64,000 nucleotides of DNA from Candidatus Hodarchaeota archaeon. Lineage in GTDB: Archaea; Asgardarchaeota; Lokiarchaeia; Sigyniarchaeales; SOKP01. Positions 20,477-29,378 of this stretch are shown here, piece after piece. Each line of letters starts with the position of its first letter. Position 1 is the first letter of the stretch. The position numbers and the translations under genes were made by a program. The notes below the pieces were generated by a model. The model saw nothing but the letters and a program-made list of their open reading frames with translations, was not told the origin of the DNA and did no database searches. The DNA lies in NCBI GenBank assembly GCA_048887225.1, contig JBHLJY010000001.1, forward strand, positions 320,001-384,000. Direction: 5' to 3'.

Positions 20477-20646
20477 AACACATTCATCTCTTTTGAATTA
20501 ACTTATTGTGATAAAGTTTTAATTATAATTTTAGTTTAAAACCATATAAAATTTTTAAAACTAAATTTTTATTTTTAATAGTATTTATATATCTCCATTA
20601 TTACTTTAAAATCGAGTTTTAAAATATATTAAATCAGTGATATATA

Positions 20647-21978
20647 CTGGAAGCCTTAATACTTTGTCGATTTAATACGATATATGGCCCAAGAATAGTT
20701 TTGAAAGCTCCCAAATCTTTAAACGAGAAGAGAATAAGAGACATTCCATTATTAATGGATCTTCCCTCAAAAGGAGTTTTTCTTCACATCTTTGAGGGAA
20801 TAAAAACCGCGAACTTATTTTTTGACATTCCTAGTGAGTATGCAAGGGGTGGAATAGAAAATCTTCTAATTTCAATAATTACTGATATTGATAGTAACCT
20901 TAAATTAATGTTCGCACGTGAACTTCTTGAGGATTTTGTGAAAGATTTTAAAAATATAAAAGACGCTTATAAAGCATTCAATTTTGAAGCGAAAGAATAT
21001 AAAGGAGATCCTGATAAATTAAAAGAAATTGAAAGGTTATTTCTTTCTTTTTATAAATCTATTAAACCAGCAATTAAAACTTTAGAAATAGCTGAATATC
21101 GTTACCAAGCATTGTTTAAGACTGCTCGGGATGCAATTTTTATTATAGATCGCGATTTAGGAATTATTATTGATGTAAACATAGAAGCAGCAAAATTAAT
21201 TGAATGTTCTCGTGACGACATCATTGGAAATCAACCTTCTCGATTTAAAATTTTTGAACCGCAAATGTTAGAAACAATTTTTTCACAGGATCTAAATAGT
21301 GAAAATGCACCTCTTTTCTTTACAAAACTGAAAAACTCTAATGGTAAAAAAATATTTCTCGAAGCAAGTATGAATGAGATCCAATTTGGAGACCAGCATT
21401 TAATTCAATTCATTTTTCATAATATTACCGAAATGAAGATAGCTGAACAAAAAATTAGAAATCATGCTAAAAACATCGAATTTCTAAATAAGATCATAAC
21501 ACTTGCGAATCAAGCTGATGACGTAGCTCTACTTCTAGATAACATCCTAGAATCCATCATAGATTTTTTAAACTTTGATGGATGCTGCATTTATTTAATC
21601 GATAAGAATAAAAATATAGCTGAAATCGAAGCTCAAAAAGGATTTCCATCTAATTTTCTTAAAAAGAATAGTTTAGTAGAAATAAATAGAAGTCCATACG
21701 ATTTTATTTTTATCAAGGGAGTAGCAACTTTTAACGACAATTTTCCAGAAATTAATAATGAATTTTTTAAAGATACAAATTTTATTTCTACAGCAATAAT
21801 TCCATTATTTTCGAAATTTGAAATTATTGGTGCTATTGTTATGGGTTTAGAAAACCGGAGGCTATTTTCAACTGAAGAAAAAGATTTACTTATTTCAATA
21901 GGTTTAGAAATAGGCACAGCAATAAAAAAAATGAAATATGAAGAATATTTACGCCGAAGTGAAATAAATAGGAGATGA
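20647..21978 (+). CDS. Sensor protein: N-terminal longin/uDENN-like domain + PAS + GAF, no output domain
   Basis: YQALFKTARDAIFIID...DIIG (PAS); IPLFSKFEIIGAI...FSTEEKDLL (GAF). Frame is open upstream of TTG 20701 to CTG 20647. Confidence 0.75.
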   Translation: MEALILCRFNTIYGPRIVLKAPKSLNEKRIRDIPLLMDLPSKGVFLHIFEGIKTANLFFDIPSEYARGGIENLLISIITDIDSNLKLMFARELLEDFVKDFKNIKDAYKAFNFEAKEYKGDPDKLKEIERLFLSFYKSIKPAIKTLEIAEYRYQALFKTARDAIFIIDRDLGIIIDVNIEAAKLIECSRDDIIGNQPSRFKIFEPQMLETIFSQDLNSENAPLFFTKLKNSNGKKIFLEASMNEIQFGDQHLIQFIFHNITEMKIAEQKIRNHAKNIEFLNKIITLANQADDVALLLDNILESIIDFLNFDGCCIYLIDKNKNIAEIEAQKGFPSNFLKKNSLVEINRSPYDFIFIKGVATFNDNFPEINNEFFKDTNFISTAIIPLFSKFEIIGAIVMGLENRRLFSTEEKDLLISIGLEIGTAIKKMKYEEYLRRSEINRR

Positions 21979-22074
21979 TAAAATTATTGTCTATACCTCA
22001 TCGAAAGCTGGCGGTTATTCAGCTATTTTAATATTATAAAAAAAAGATAATAACTTATAATAAAACTACCTAGT

Positions 22075-22719
22075 TTAGTCTTCTTCAAAGAAATATAATA
22101 TTTTATTAGATCTCTTTTCTTTGCATAGTATATTGATTTCTTCAAGAGATTCAAGATATTTTCTAATTGTATTACGATGGATCTTAAGGTCTCTGGAGAG
22201 TTGATTTTTTGTAATTCCAAAATCGTTAATTTTTAAATAATTAATAATTTTTTTGCATTTTTCTTTTGAAGTTAAGTATAGTTTTTTACTATCTTTTAAA
22301 TCTATATTTGAATCAAAATAAACTACATGATTATCAATAATCTTTTTTTTAAGAAAATTAAATTTAAGAAGAACGTTTAGGTGCCAAAATACAACAATAT
22401 TGCATATTTTTAAATCTTTTGCGATTTTATTAACATATTTTCCTGGATTTTCTTTAATATAATTATATATTTTTTTTCTTCTTGGATAAATTAACACATC
22501 TTTTTTTGTAAATTTAGTTCCTTCAACAATTATGTTCTTTTTTACTAAAGAGATTATGATCTTCTGAATTCCTTCAGTGCTAATGTTTATTGACGATTTA
22601 GCGAATTTAGCTTTGATATAAGGGAGTATTTTTCTCATATCAAATACTCTATTTTTATTTAAATACTCCTTAATCACATTAAATACAATGGACTCATGCT
22701 TTACTAAGATTTGCCTCAT
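22075..22719 (-). CDS. Tandem winged-helix transcriptional regulator
   Basis: RRKKIYNYIKENPG...WHLNVL; QLSRDLKIHRNTIRKYLESL. Confidence 0.85.
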   Translation of the reverse strand: MRQILVKHESIVFNVIKEYLNKNRVFDMRKILPYIKAKFAKSSINISTEGIQKIIISLVKKNIIVEGTKFTKKDVLIYPRRKKIYNYIKENPGKYVNKIAKDLKICNIVVFWHLNVLLKFNFLKKKIIDNHVVYFDSNIDLKDSKKLYLTSKEKCKKIINYLKINDFGITKNQLSRDLKIHRNTIRKYLESLEEINILCKEKRSNKILYFFEED

Positions 22720-22981
22720 TAATTAACATCATACTTAAATATTTTCTTATATTTTAGCCATAAATTTATGAAGTAAGTAATGAATTGACAAATAAGTATT
22801 TAATATTTTTGTAATAGGCGATTTAGAAACAAAATCAAGAAATTATCTATTTAGTTCAAGATAAATAAAAAAAAAAAGGATTTTAATTTAAAATATTTCC
22901 TTGTTTACTTTTATTTGCGCTTTTGTATTATAATATGAATACCTACTATGCCGAAAAAAATATCTAAAATTATCTCTATTA

Positions 22982-23167
22982 ATGCCCATAAGAAATACAA
23001 TAGCGAATTACAAACTCAAAATTATAAGGTAATTAGTTTTTTCTTTCAAACAGGTCTGGAAAGATATAAAGGTACACTGGATCATCTTGGAATGCTCGAC
23101 CATACATCTTACTTGCTGGCTTAATTTGATGTTCAGTTAAGCGATAAATTTTATTTAATTCCCTTAT
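22982..23167 (-). pseudogene. Truncated GNAT acetyltransferase remnant
   Basis: Translates IRELNKIYRLTEHQIKPASKMYGRAFQDDPVYLYIFPDLFERKN*LPYNFEFVIRYCISYGH*. (A/G)RAFxDDP is a GNAT N-terminal pattern; in-frame TAA and early truncation. Confidence 0.65.
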
Positions 23168-23194
23168 ATTATTTTTGCTCCTAATTTTTATTTT

Positions 23195-25939
23195 CTAATT
23201 GGATTGTTGATTAGTATTCTCTGAATTTGATTCTTTTAATTTCAAAATTCCATCAATAATTTCCTGTCTTTCTTTAGGTGTAAAAGAGAGCATGTTTTTT
23301 ATAAATTCTACTTTATCCTTATCATCAAGGTTAAAATCTACTATTTTTTCCCAAAATTCGTTTGATACCACAGTAATATTTAAATCGTCAAATAAAGCAG
23401 GTTTTTCCAGAGCATTTTTCTCTTTTAAAACCCTAAGAAGATTTTTCTTTTCCACATAATCTTCTAAATTAGGCGATTTGACAACTTTTTCATCGAAAGG
23501 TTTGACAAGAGGTTTTTTCATAAGCAGTTCTTTTTTAGTTGGCTTAGCTCTTGTTTTATAATAGTATGTTGAAGCTGCTGTGATTATACTCAAAGAACAA
23601 ATAATTATTATGAAAATTACGATAATATTTATTTCATCTATACCATCATCATCTTTAGAAAGAGGAAATGTTTTTAATTCACCGTTAAGAGCAAAAAGCG
23701 ACGTATGATTTAACGAAATAACTATTATACCGTTGTTATTATCACTAAAGGGAATTTCTACCCATCCTCCTTGTCCACCATTGGCAGACTCATTAAACCA
23801 GAACGCATTTAATATTTTATACATACGGACATCATATTTAAGTGTAATATTAATCGGAGTGTCAAGTTTTTGATTTAAATTATCAGTATCGTTAAGCTGT
23901 AAGTTCATAAATATTAACCCTTTATCAAGAGGAACTTCTGAGATATCATCATCAAAAGCGGAGAAAATTACTTCGGTGTAATTATTAAGCGCGATTGATA
24001 TATTAACATCGATGTTGTCAACACTATAGGGTTCAATTTCAAATTCATTTATTCCAGGAGGCAATATTATTGTATAACAGGTATTATCTTTAATGATATT
24101 TTCTATACACCCATCATATTCATAAATAAAAATTATATTACCAACTAAGGTGTTTCCCGATATAGTGTTATTATTACTGAAATATAAATATATCCCATAA
24201 TTGTTGTTATTTACTGTGTTTCCCGATATAGTGTTATTATTACTGAAATATAAATATATCCCATAATTGTTGTTATTTACCGTGTTTCCCGATACAGTGT
24301 TATTATTACTCTCATCTACAGTTATCCCATCATTCAAATTGTTATTTGCGGTGTTTCCCGAAATTACGTTATAACTACTATACAATAAATATATACCACT
24401 ACCACTGTTGCTATTTGCGGTGTTTCCCGAGACTGTGTTATCATAACTATTCCATAATGATATCCCGAACAAATCATTGTTTTTTGCAGTGTTTCCCGAA
24501 ATAGTATTGTTATTACTCTGCTCTAAATGTATCCCATTTTCATTTAGTGAACAGTCATTATTAATTATTGTTCCATTATTAGTGTTGTAAAATTTGATTC
24601 CCGCATCCATAAAATCTGAACCTGAATGGTAAACTATACAATTTTCGATCCTAAAATACGCATTGGAATTTTCAATTATTATACCACTTCCCGAACCACC
24701 AGCATTAATCTCTAAACCATCTATGACATAAGGGTCAGCAGGAGTACCAGAACCAGAGCACCAAAATCGAGTGCTAGCCCATTCCCAATTATTCCCGGCA
24801 TTATCATCAATATGAATCCCATCATTCCAAATTGGATAATTATCGATTACACCATTTTTATTATACGGTGTATCTCCGATAAAATCATCGTCATCATCTA
24901 CACCGATATAATCATCCCAATAATTTCCAATAGAACCATTATCCCATGAGTTTCCCGAACCAGAAAAATATAAATAACCAGCATGGTATTTTAAGCTTCC
25001 TTTAAATGAATTTAAATAAATTGTATTGTTTGACGAGGGCCTTCCTGAAAGGATAATACCATATGAATTATCGACAAAAGTATTTTCTTTTGCAGTATTT
25101 CCACTTGAGGATGAAAGGATAATACCCATCAAATTTTCACCGAGATTATTATTTATTAAAATGTTTTCATCTGATCTCATTAAAACTATCCCGTGATACC
25201 CATTATCTTCTATAGTGTTTCCCAAAATTTTATTATAATTACTATCCTCTAAAATAATCCCATAATAATCGTTGTTGTTTGCGATATTTCCAGAGACGGT
25301 ATTATTATTACTTGTCGCTAAATATATCCCGTTAATATTGTTATTTGCGGTGTTTCCCGAGATAGTGTTATTATCGCTAAATCCTAATTTTATCCCCTCT
25401 ATGCCGTTGTTATTTACAGTGTTGTTTGAGACTGTGTTATTATTACTGTCAATTAAAAATATACCTTTATAATTTAGCGAACAGGTGTTATTAATTATTT
25501 CTCCATTATTAGTGTTGTTTAATTTAATTCCAGCATCGACATCTTCCGTTCCTGAATTGTAAACTGTGCAATTTTTAATCTTAAAGTATACATTTAAAGA
25601 ATTCTCAATTAGGATACCACTGCCCGAACCACCGGCATCTATTGTTATGTTTTCGATGATGTAAGGATTGCCCCAACTACCATCGCCAAGTCGACACCAC
25701 TCTTGACTAAGAGCCCATGCCCAGTTATTAGATGCACTATTGTCAATAAAAATTGGATCCATAGAATTATTAAACCAAGATTTTTTCGGACTTCTGAATC
25801 CGTTAATTTCATCAATTTCATCATGTTCTATATTTTTATCAACATTTATTAGATTACTGTTTAAACTACTGATGAAAAAACTCGATGAAACAAATAAAGC
25901 AATTGAAATTATTATAAATATTTCTGATTTTATTTTCAT
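23195..25939 (-). CDS. Secreted, membrane-anchored parallel beta-helix (NosD/CASH-like) surface protein
   Basis: N-terminal hydrophobic signal; many GIxLxxSxNNTISGNTxNNN repeats in two blocks; C-terminal TM and cytoplasmic tail. Confidence 0.9.
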   Translation of the reverse strand: MKIKSEIFIIISIALFVSSSFFISSLNSNLINVDKNIEHDEIDEINGFRSPKKSWFNNSMDPIFIDNSASNNWAWALSQEWCRLGDGSWGNPYIIENITIDAGGSGSGILIENSLNVYFKIKNCTVYNSGTEDVDAGIKLNNTNNGEIINNTCSLNYKGIFLIDSNNNTVSNNTVNNNGIEGIKLGFSDNNTISGNTANNNINGIYLATSNNNTVSGNIANNNDYYGIILEDSNYNKILGNTIEDNGYHGIVLMRSDENILINNNLGENLMGIILSSSSGNTAKENTFVDNSYGIILSGRPSSNNTIYLNSFKGSLKYHAGYLYFSGSGNSWDNGSIGNYWDDYIGVDDDDDFIGDTPYNKNGVIDNYPIWNDGIHIDDNAGNNWEWASTRFWCSGSGTPADPYVIDGLEINAGGSGSGIIIENSNAYFRIENCIVYHSGSDFMDAGIKFYNTNNGTIINNDCSLNENGIHLEQSNNNTISGNTAKNNDLFGISLWNSYDNTVSGNTANSNSGSGIYLLYSSYNVISGNTANNNLNDGITVDESNNNTVSGNTVNNNNYGIYLYFSNNNTISGNTVNNNNYGIYLYFSNNNTISGNTLVGNIIFIYEYDGCIENIIKDNTCYTIILPPGINEFEIEPYSVDNIDVNISIALNNYTEVIFSAFDDDISEVPLDKGLIFMNLQLNDTDNLNQKLDTPINITLKYDVRMYKILNAFWFNESANGGQGGWVEIPFSDNNNGIIVISLNHTSLFALNGELKTFPLSKDDDGIDEINIIVIFIIIICSLSIITAASTYYYKTRAKPTKKELLMKKPLVKPFDEKVVKSPNLEDYVEKKNLLRVLKEKNALEKPALFDDLNITVVSNEFWEKIVDFNLDDKDKVEFIKNMLSFTPKERQEIIDGILKLKESNSENTNQQSN
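24150..24310. repeat. 66-bp coding tandem repeat (~2.4 copies)
   Basis: Units start at 24150, 24216 and 24282 (GTGTTTCCCGATA...); the first two differ only at the last base. Confidence 0.9.
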
Positions 25940-26004
25940 AAATATTCGTTCTTTTTATGAATTGAGGTATTTAAATATCTCTATATTTAGAAAGATTATA
26001 TAGA

Positions 26005-26388
26005 CTATTTAAATGAATTTAGTCAATTTTTGTTCAATTAAATTTTCCAAATTTAATTTTAATTAAGTATATTAACCTATTTTAAAGACTGGAGTAAAAT
26101 TTAAATAAAAAATGATAAGCCCTACTAAATTTTAGTAAAATTCTTTAATAAAAAATGAAAATTCTGTAAAAAAAAAAGCAGACCAAATAATCATCCTATA
26201 ATATCTCAAATGATTCGATAGAAAACCAAAAAAGGGAAGCAACAGATTTTATCGAACTATAAATAGCCACACTAACAAAAATGTAAAATTCCAGATTTCC
26301 CAAAAATATAAAATAAGTTAAGATATTTAATTAAAATTAAATTTGGAAAATTTAATTGAACAAAAATTGACTAAATTCATTTAAATAG
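26005..26388. repeat. 78-bp inverted repeat pair (26005-26082 / 26311-26388) around a 228-bp spacer
   Basis: Outer 62 bp are perfect reverse complements; 3 mismatches in the inner 16 bp. Confidence 0.92.
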
Positions 26389-26479
26389 GAGTTTTAAAAT
26401 GTTTCAATTATTGATGATCATTAGTTTTGAAATACAAACATTTGATCATCAAAAAAATTTAAAAAAAAATTGAAAAACG

Positions 26480-27319
26480 ATGAGAACAAAACTAATTTTT
26501 ATTACTTTTTTACTTTTTGCAACAATTATTATCGGTTTGACAACGAATACAGTTGCCGACGATGATTATTACGAAGTTGGTTTCAAGGAAAAAGATGAAT
26601 TCATATGGATTTGTAATACGTTAAATGAAGACGATATGGAAGATATTTGGGGAGATGATTGGAACGAGATTACCTTATTCGAAAATATGAAAGTAGGAAC
26701 AAGAATGAAATGGGAGATAACAGAGATAAACGAAGATATAAGAACATATTCCAATGAAACTGGTCAATATATGGACGCTTTAAGTGTCAAGTATGATATG
26801 TGGACATGGACGTCTGATGATGATTTTGGAGATGCTGACGAGGAGGGTTTAGAATTTTGGTGGTATACAGATCCAGAGGATTATGAAAAAATTTTAAGAT
26901 ATGCGGAAGGTTTATACTTTGATGTTGTCGTGGTGCCCTGGGTTCCAAATACTGTCACCGAATACTTAGGGGATTTGGAATTGTATAAGTGGTGGGGTGC
27001 TAACGAAGATACATTAACTTATGAAATTTTTGGGCAGGATCGAAAAAATTGGTATAATTCTGAGATTCATAAAAAAAAAATTGTAATGGAAACGATATAC
27101 AACGAGCAAGGTATTATCTCTTCATTTAAAATTATGAACGAAGATGATGAGGTAGTGTGTGAATTTTCTATTGAAAGCGAAACTGCTTTCCTAATACCGC
27201 TCATAATTATAATCGTTGTTATTATTGCAGCACTCGCCGTTGTTTACATCGTGATGAGAAAAAAAGGGATAAAACTCATAAAAAGAAGAAAAATTGAGGA
27301 GGTACATGAAAATGAATAG
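26480..27319 (+). CDS. Secreted acidic protein with C-terminal TM anchor and basic tail
   Basis: Signal peptide, D/E/W-rich body, LIIIIVVIIAALAVVYIV-RKK. Confidence 0.85.
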   Translation: MRTKLIFITFLLFATIIIGLTTNTVADDDYYEVGFKEKDEFIWICNTLNEDDMEDIWGDDWNEITLFENMKVGTRMKWEITEINEDIRTYSNETGQYMDALSVKYDMWTWTSDDDFGDADEEGLEFWWYTDPEDYEKILRYAEGLYFDVVVVPWVPNTVTEYLGDLELYKWWGANEDTLTYEIFGQDRKNWYNSEIHKKKIVMETIYNEQGIISSFKIMNEDDEVVCEFSIESETAFLIPLIIIIVVIIAALAVVYIVMRKKGIKLIKRRKIEEVHENE

Positions 27320-29378
27320 AGTCCATACGAAAATTAAATTACTCCCTATCGTTTTCCTTTTCTCTATTTTTATCCCGTTTTTAATTCTGCCGTTCTTTAG
27401 TGTTACGCCTTTTAATCCTTCTTCCAATTCTTCAGAAGAACAAGCTCAAACTAAGTACTATGATGTAAATCCCGTCTCACCTCCTTTACCATCGATGGGA
27501 ATTCATTATTCTAAAATTTTTAACATAAGTGCGTCTGAGGATGATGCTTGGACTAGGAATACCGAAACAAACTATCTTCAAGATAAACTGGAATTAGGTC
27601 GTCAAAATGACCCGGAGAATGACGGGGCTAGAAGAATTTGTTTAAGGTGGAACTTATCGATTCCAGAAGGTTATAATATCGCTAGTGCGTATTTAAATCT
27701 TACATTAAAGTCTAGCAATAATTATGATGGATTTAAAACTACAATTTCCGCATTTGATAATGTATCAACGCCCGATTTTTCAGATACAAGTGAAAATATT
27801 CGAACGAATCGAGAACGAACTAGTGAGATTGTCGTATGGCAAATGCCATATCCTACTATGACCGATGGTAAAACTTATACATCTCCAAATATTGGCACTC
27901 TTTTGCAAAAAATAATAGATCGCGATGATTGGAAAAACAATAGCATTTTTGGTATATATATAGAAGCGGGGGGGGACGAAAGTATTTCTTATGAATTTGT
28001 AGATGGTAGCGAGCGCCTTGATTTCCATTCCTTTGATGGCTCTAACCTGTATAAACCTAAATTAATTGTTGAATGGGAGGATTATCCCGGTTTTAGATCT
28101 ACACCTTCAGATCAAACTATAAATAATAACACTCTAGGGTACCATCTAGAGTGGACCGCTGCGGATGACAATCCAACGAATTATACGATTGAATGTAATT
28201 ATACGGGGTCATTCAAAGAAGTGCAAAACGGTACTTGGCAAACTGATGTTGAGATTAGGTATGATATACCAAAACTCGATATTAGCATTGTTAATTATAC
28301 TATTAATATTACTGATGCTGATGGAAATTTTGATTGGGATTCAGTTCTTATTACTGTTACTGATTTAGGGCTCCCCAGATTCTCTTCCGTTAGACTCTTC
28401 CAAGGGGATGCAAATTTTACTTACGATGAGAGGGATTATTTTATATGTGGTGATGGTCCGTTCACCTTGCAAATGATTAACAGTACTCCAATCAATAATA
28501 TTGAACTTTGGCTTACTGCTTATTATCCAGACTTTTATATAAAATCAAATATTGTGAAGGGGCCTATGTGGGTTGATCCGTATTCTTGGTACGGTTATTA
28601 TGACATAAAGGCTGAATGGATACTCCCTCTGAGATATGATTTAAAGTACGATGCTGTGTCGGGCAGCTTTAGTTTCACGCCCCCCTCGTCAGCTAACTAT
28701 GCATGGGCATTTTGGGCCGTACCCGGAGGGGCGGGGGTACCAATGGTTTTTCACGTAGATTTTAAGACAGTAAACTCTATGAAGTACAAAGTTTTAAATT
28801 TTCTCAACATAACGGTTGATGGGGGGTCAGATTTCACTGTAGGAGATTATATAGTATATGCTCCTGTAAACTATGAAATGTTAAACAAGGATATTCGTCC
28901 ACCAAATATTGGAAATCCAGAATTTATTGAACCGGATGACCCTGACGAGCATTATGAAATATCTTTACGGGTATGGGAAGGTGATGAGTATGAATCAGGA
29001 GTTTCTGAAGTCTTACTTTATTATTCGGTTGATGATGGTACATGGAGAGAAGTTTCCATGTTATTATCTCAAGGATTTTATTATGGGGATATTCCATCAC
29101 AACTAGAAGAGGGAGTGGACTTAGATTATTATATCGTAATTAGAGATGTTGCTGGAAATGAAATTACTACAAGAATATATTCAGAAAAAACCGTTGATTT
29201 TGGAGCGAACCCTGTGATTGTTCCGCTACTCATTCTTATCCTTGCGATGGTCGGAGCAATCTCAACTATATTAATCTACAAATTATGGCGAAGAATATTT
29301 TCAAAAAAATATAAAATGGAAATGAAAATGGAACCTAAAAAAATTAGAAAAAAAATATCGAAATATAAGGAGGCTTGA
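27306..29378 (+). CDS. Surface glycoprotein A1 (DNRLRE/CBM96-like module + Ig-like domains, C-terminal TM)
   Basis: GGAGGT RBS before ATG 27306; SEDDA...RICLRWNLSIP...SAYLNLT...PKLIVEW; DVAGN; many N-x-S/T sequons. Confidence 0.8.
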   Translation: MKMNRVHTKIKLLPIVFLFSIFIPFLILPFFSVTPFNPSSNSSEEQAQTKYYDVNPVSPPLPSMGIHYSKIFNISASEDDAWTRNTETNYLQDKLELGRQNDPENDGARRICLRWNLSIPEGYNIASAYLNLTLKSSNNYDGFKTTISAFDNVSTPDFSDTSENIRTNRERTSEIVVWQMPYPTMTDGKTYTSPNIGTLLQKIIDRDDWKNNSIFGIYIEAGGDESISYEFVDGSERLDFHSFDGSNLYKPKLIVEWEDYPGFRSTPSDQTINNNTLGYHLEWTAADDNPTNYTIECNYTGSFKEVQNGTWQTDVEIRYDIPKLDISIVNYTINITDADGNFDWDSVLITVTDLGLPRFSSVRLFQGDANFTYDERDYFICGDGPFTLQMINSTPINNIELWLTAYYPDFYIKSNIVKGPMWVDPYSWYGYYDIKAEWILPLRYDLKYDAVSGSFSFTPPSSANYAWAFWAVPGGAGVPMVFHVDFKTVNSMKYKVLNFLNITVDGGSDFTVGDYIVYAPVNYEMLNKDIRPPNIGNPEFIEPDDPDEHYEISLRVWEGDEYESGVSEVLLYYSVDDGTWREVSMLLSQGFYYGDIPSQLEEGVDLDYYIVIRDVAGNEITTRIYSEKTVDFGANPVIVPLLILILAMVGAISTILIYKLWRRIFSKKYKMEMKMEPKKIRKKISKYKEA

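Noticed and set aside
24150-24310. CRISPR array
   Set aside because: Repeats are contiguous 66-bp in-frame coding units without unique spacers; no cas genes.
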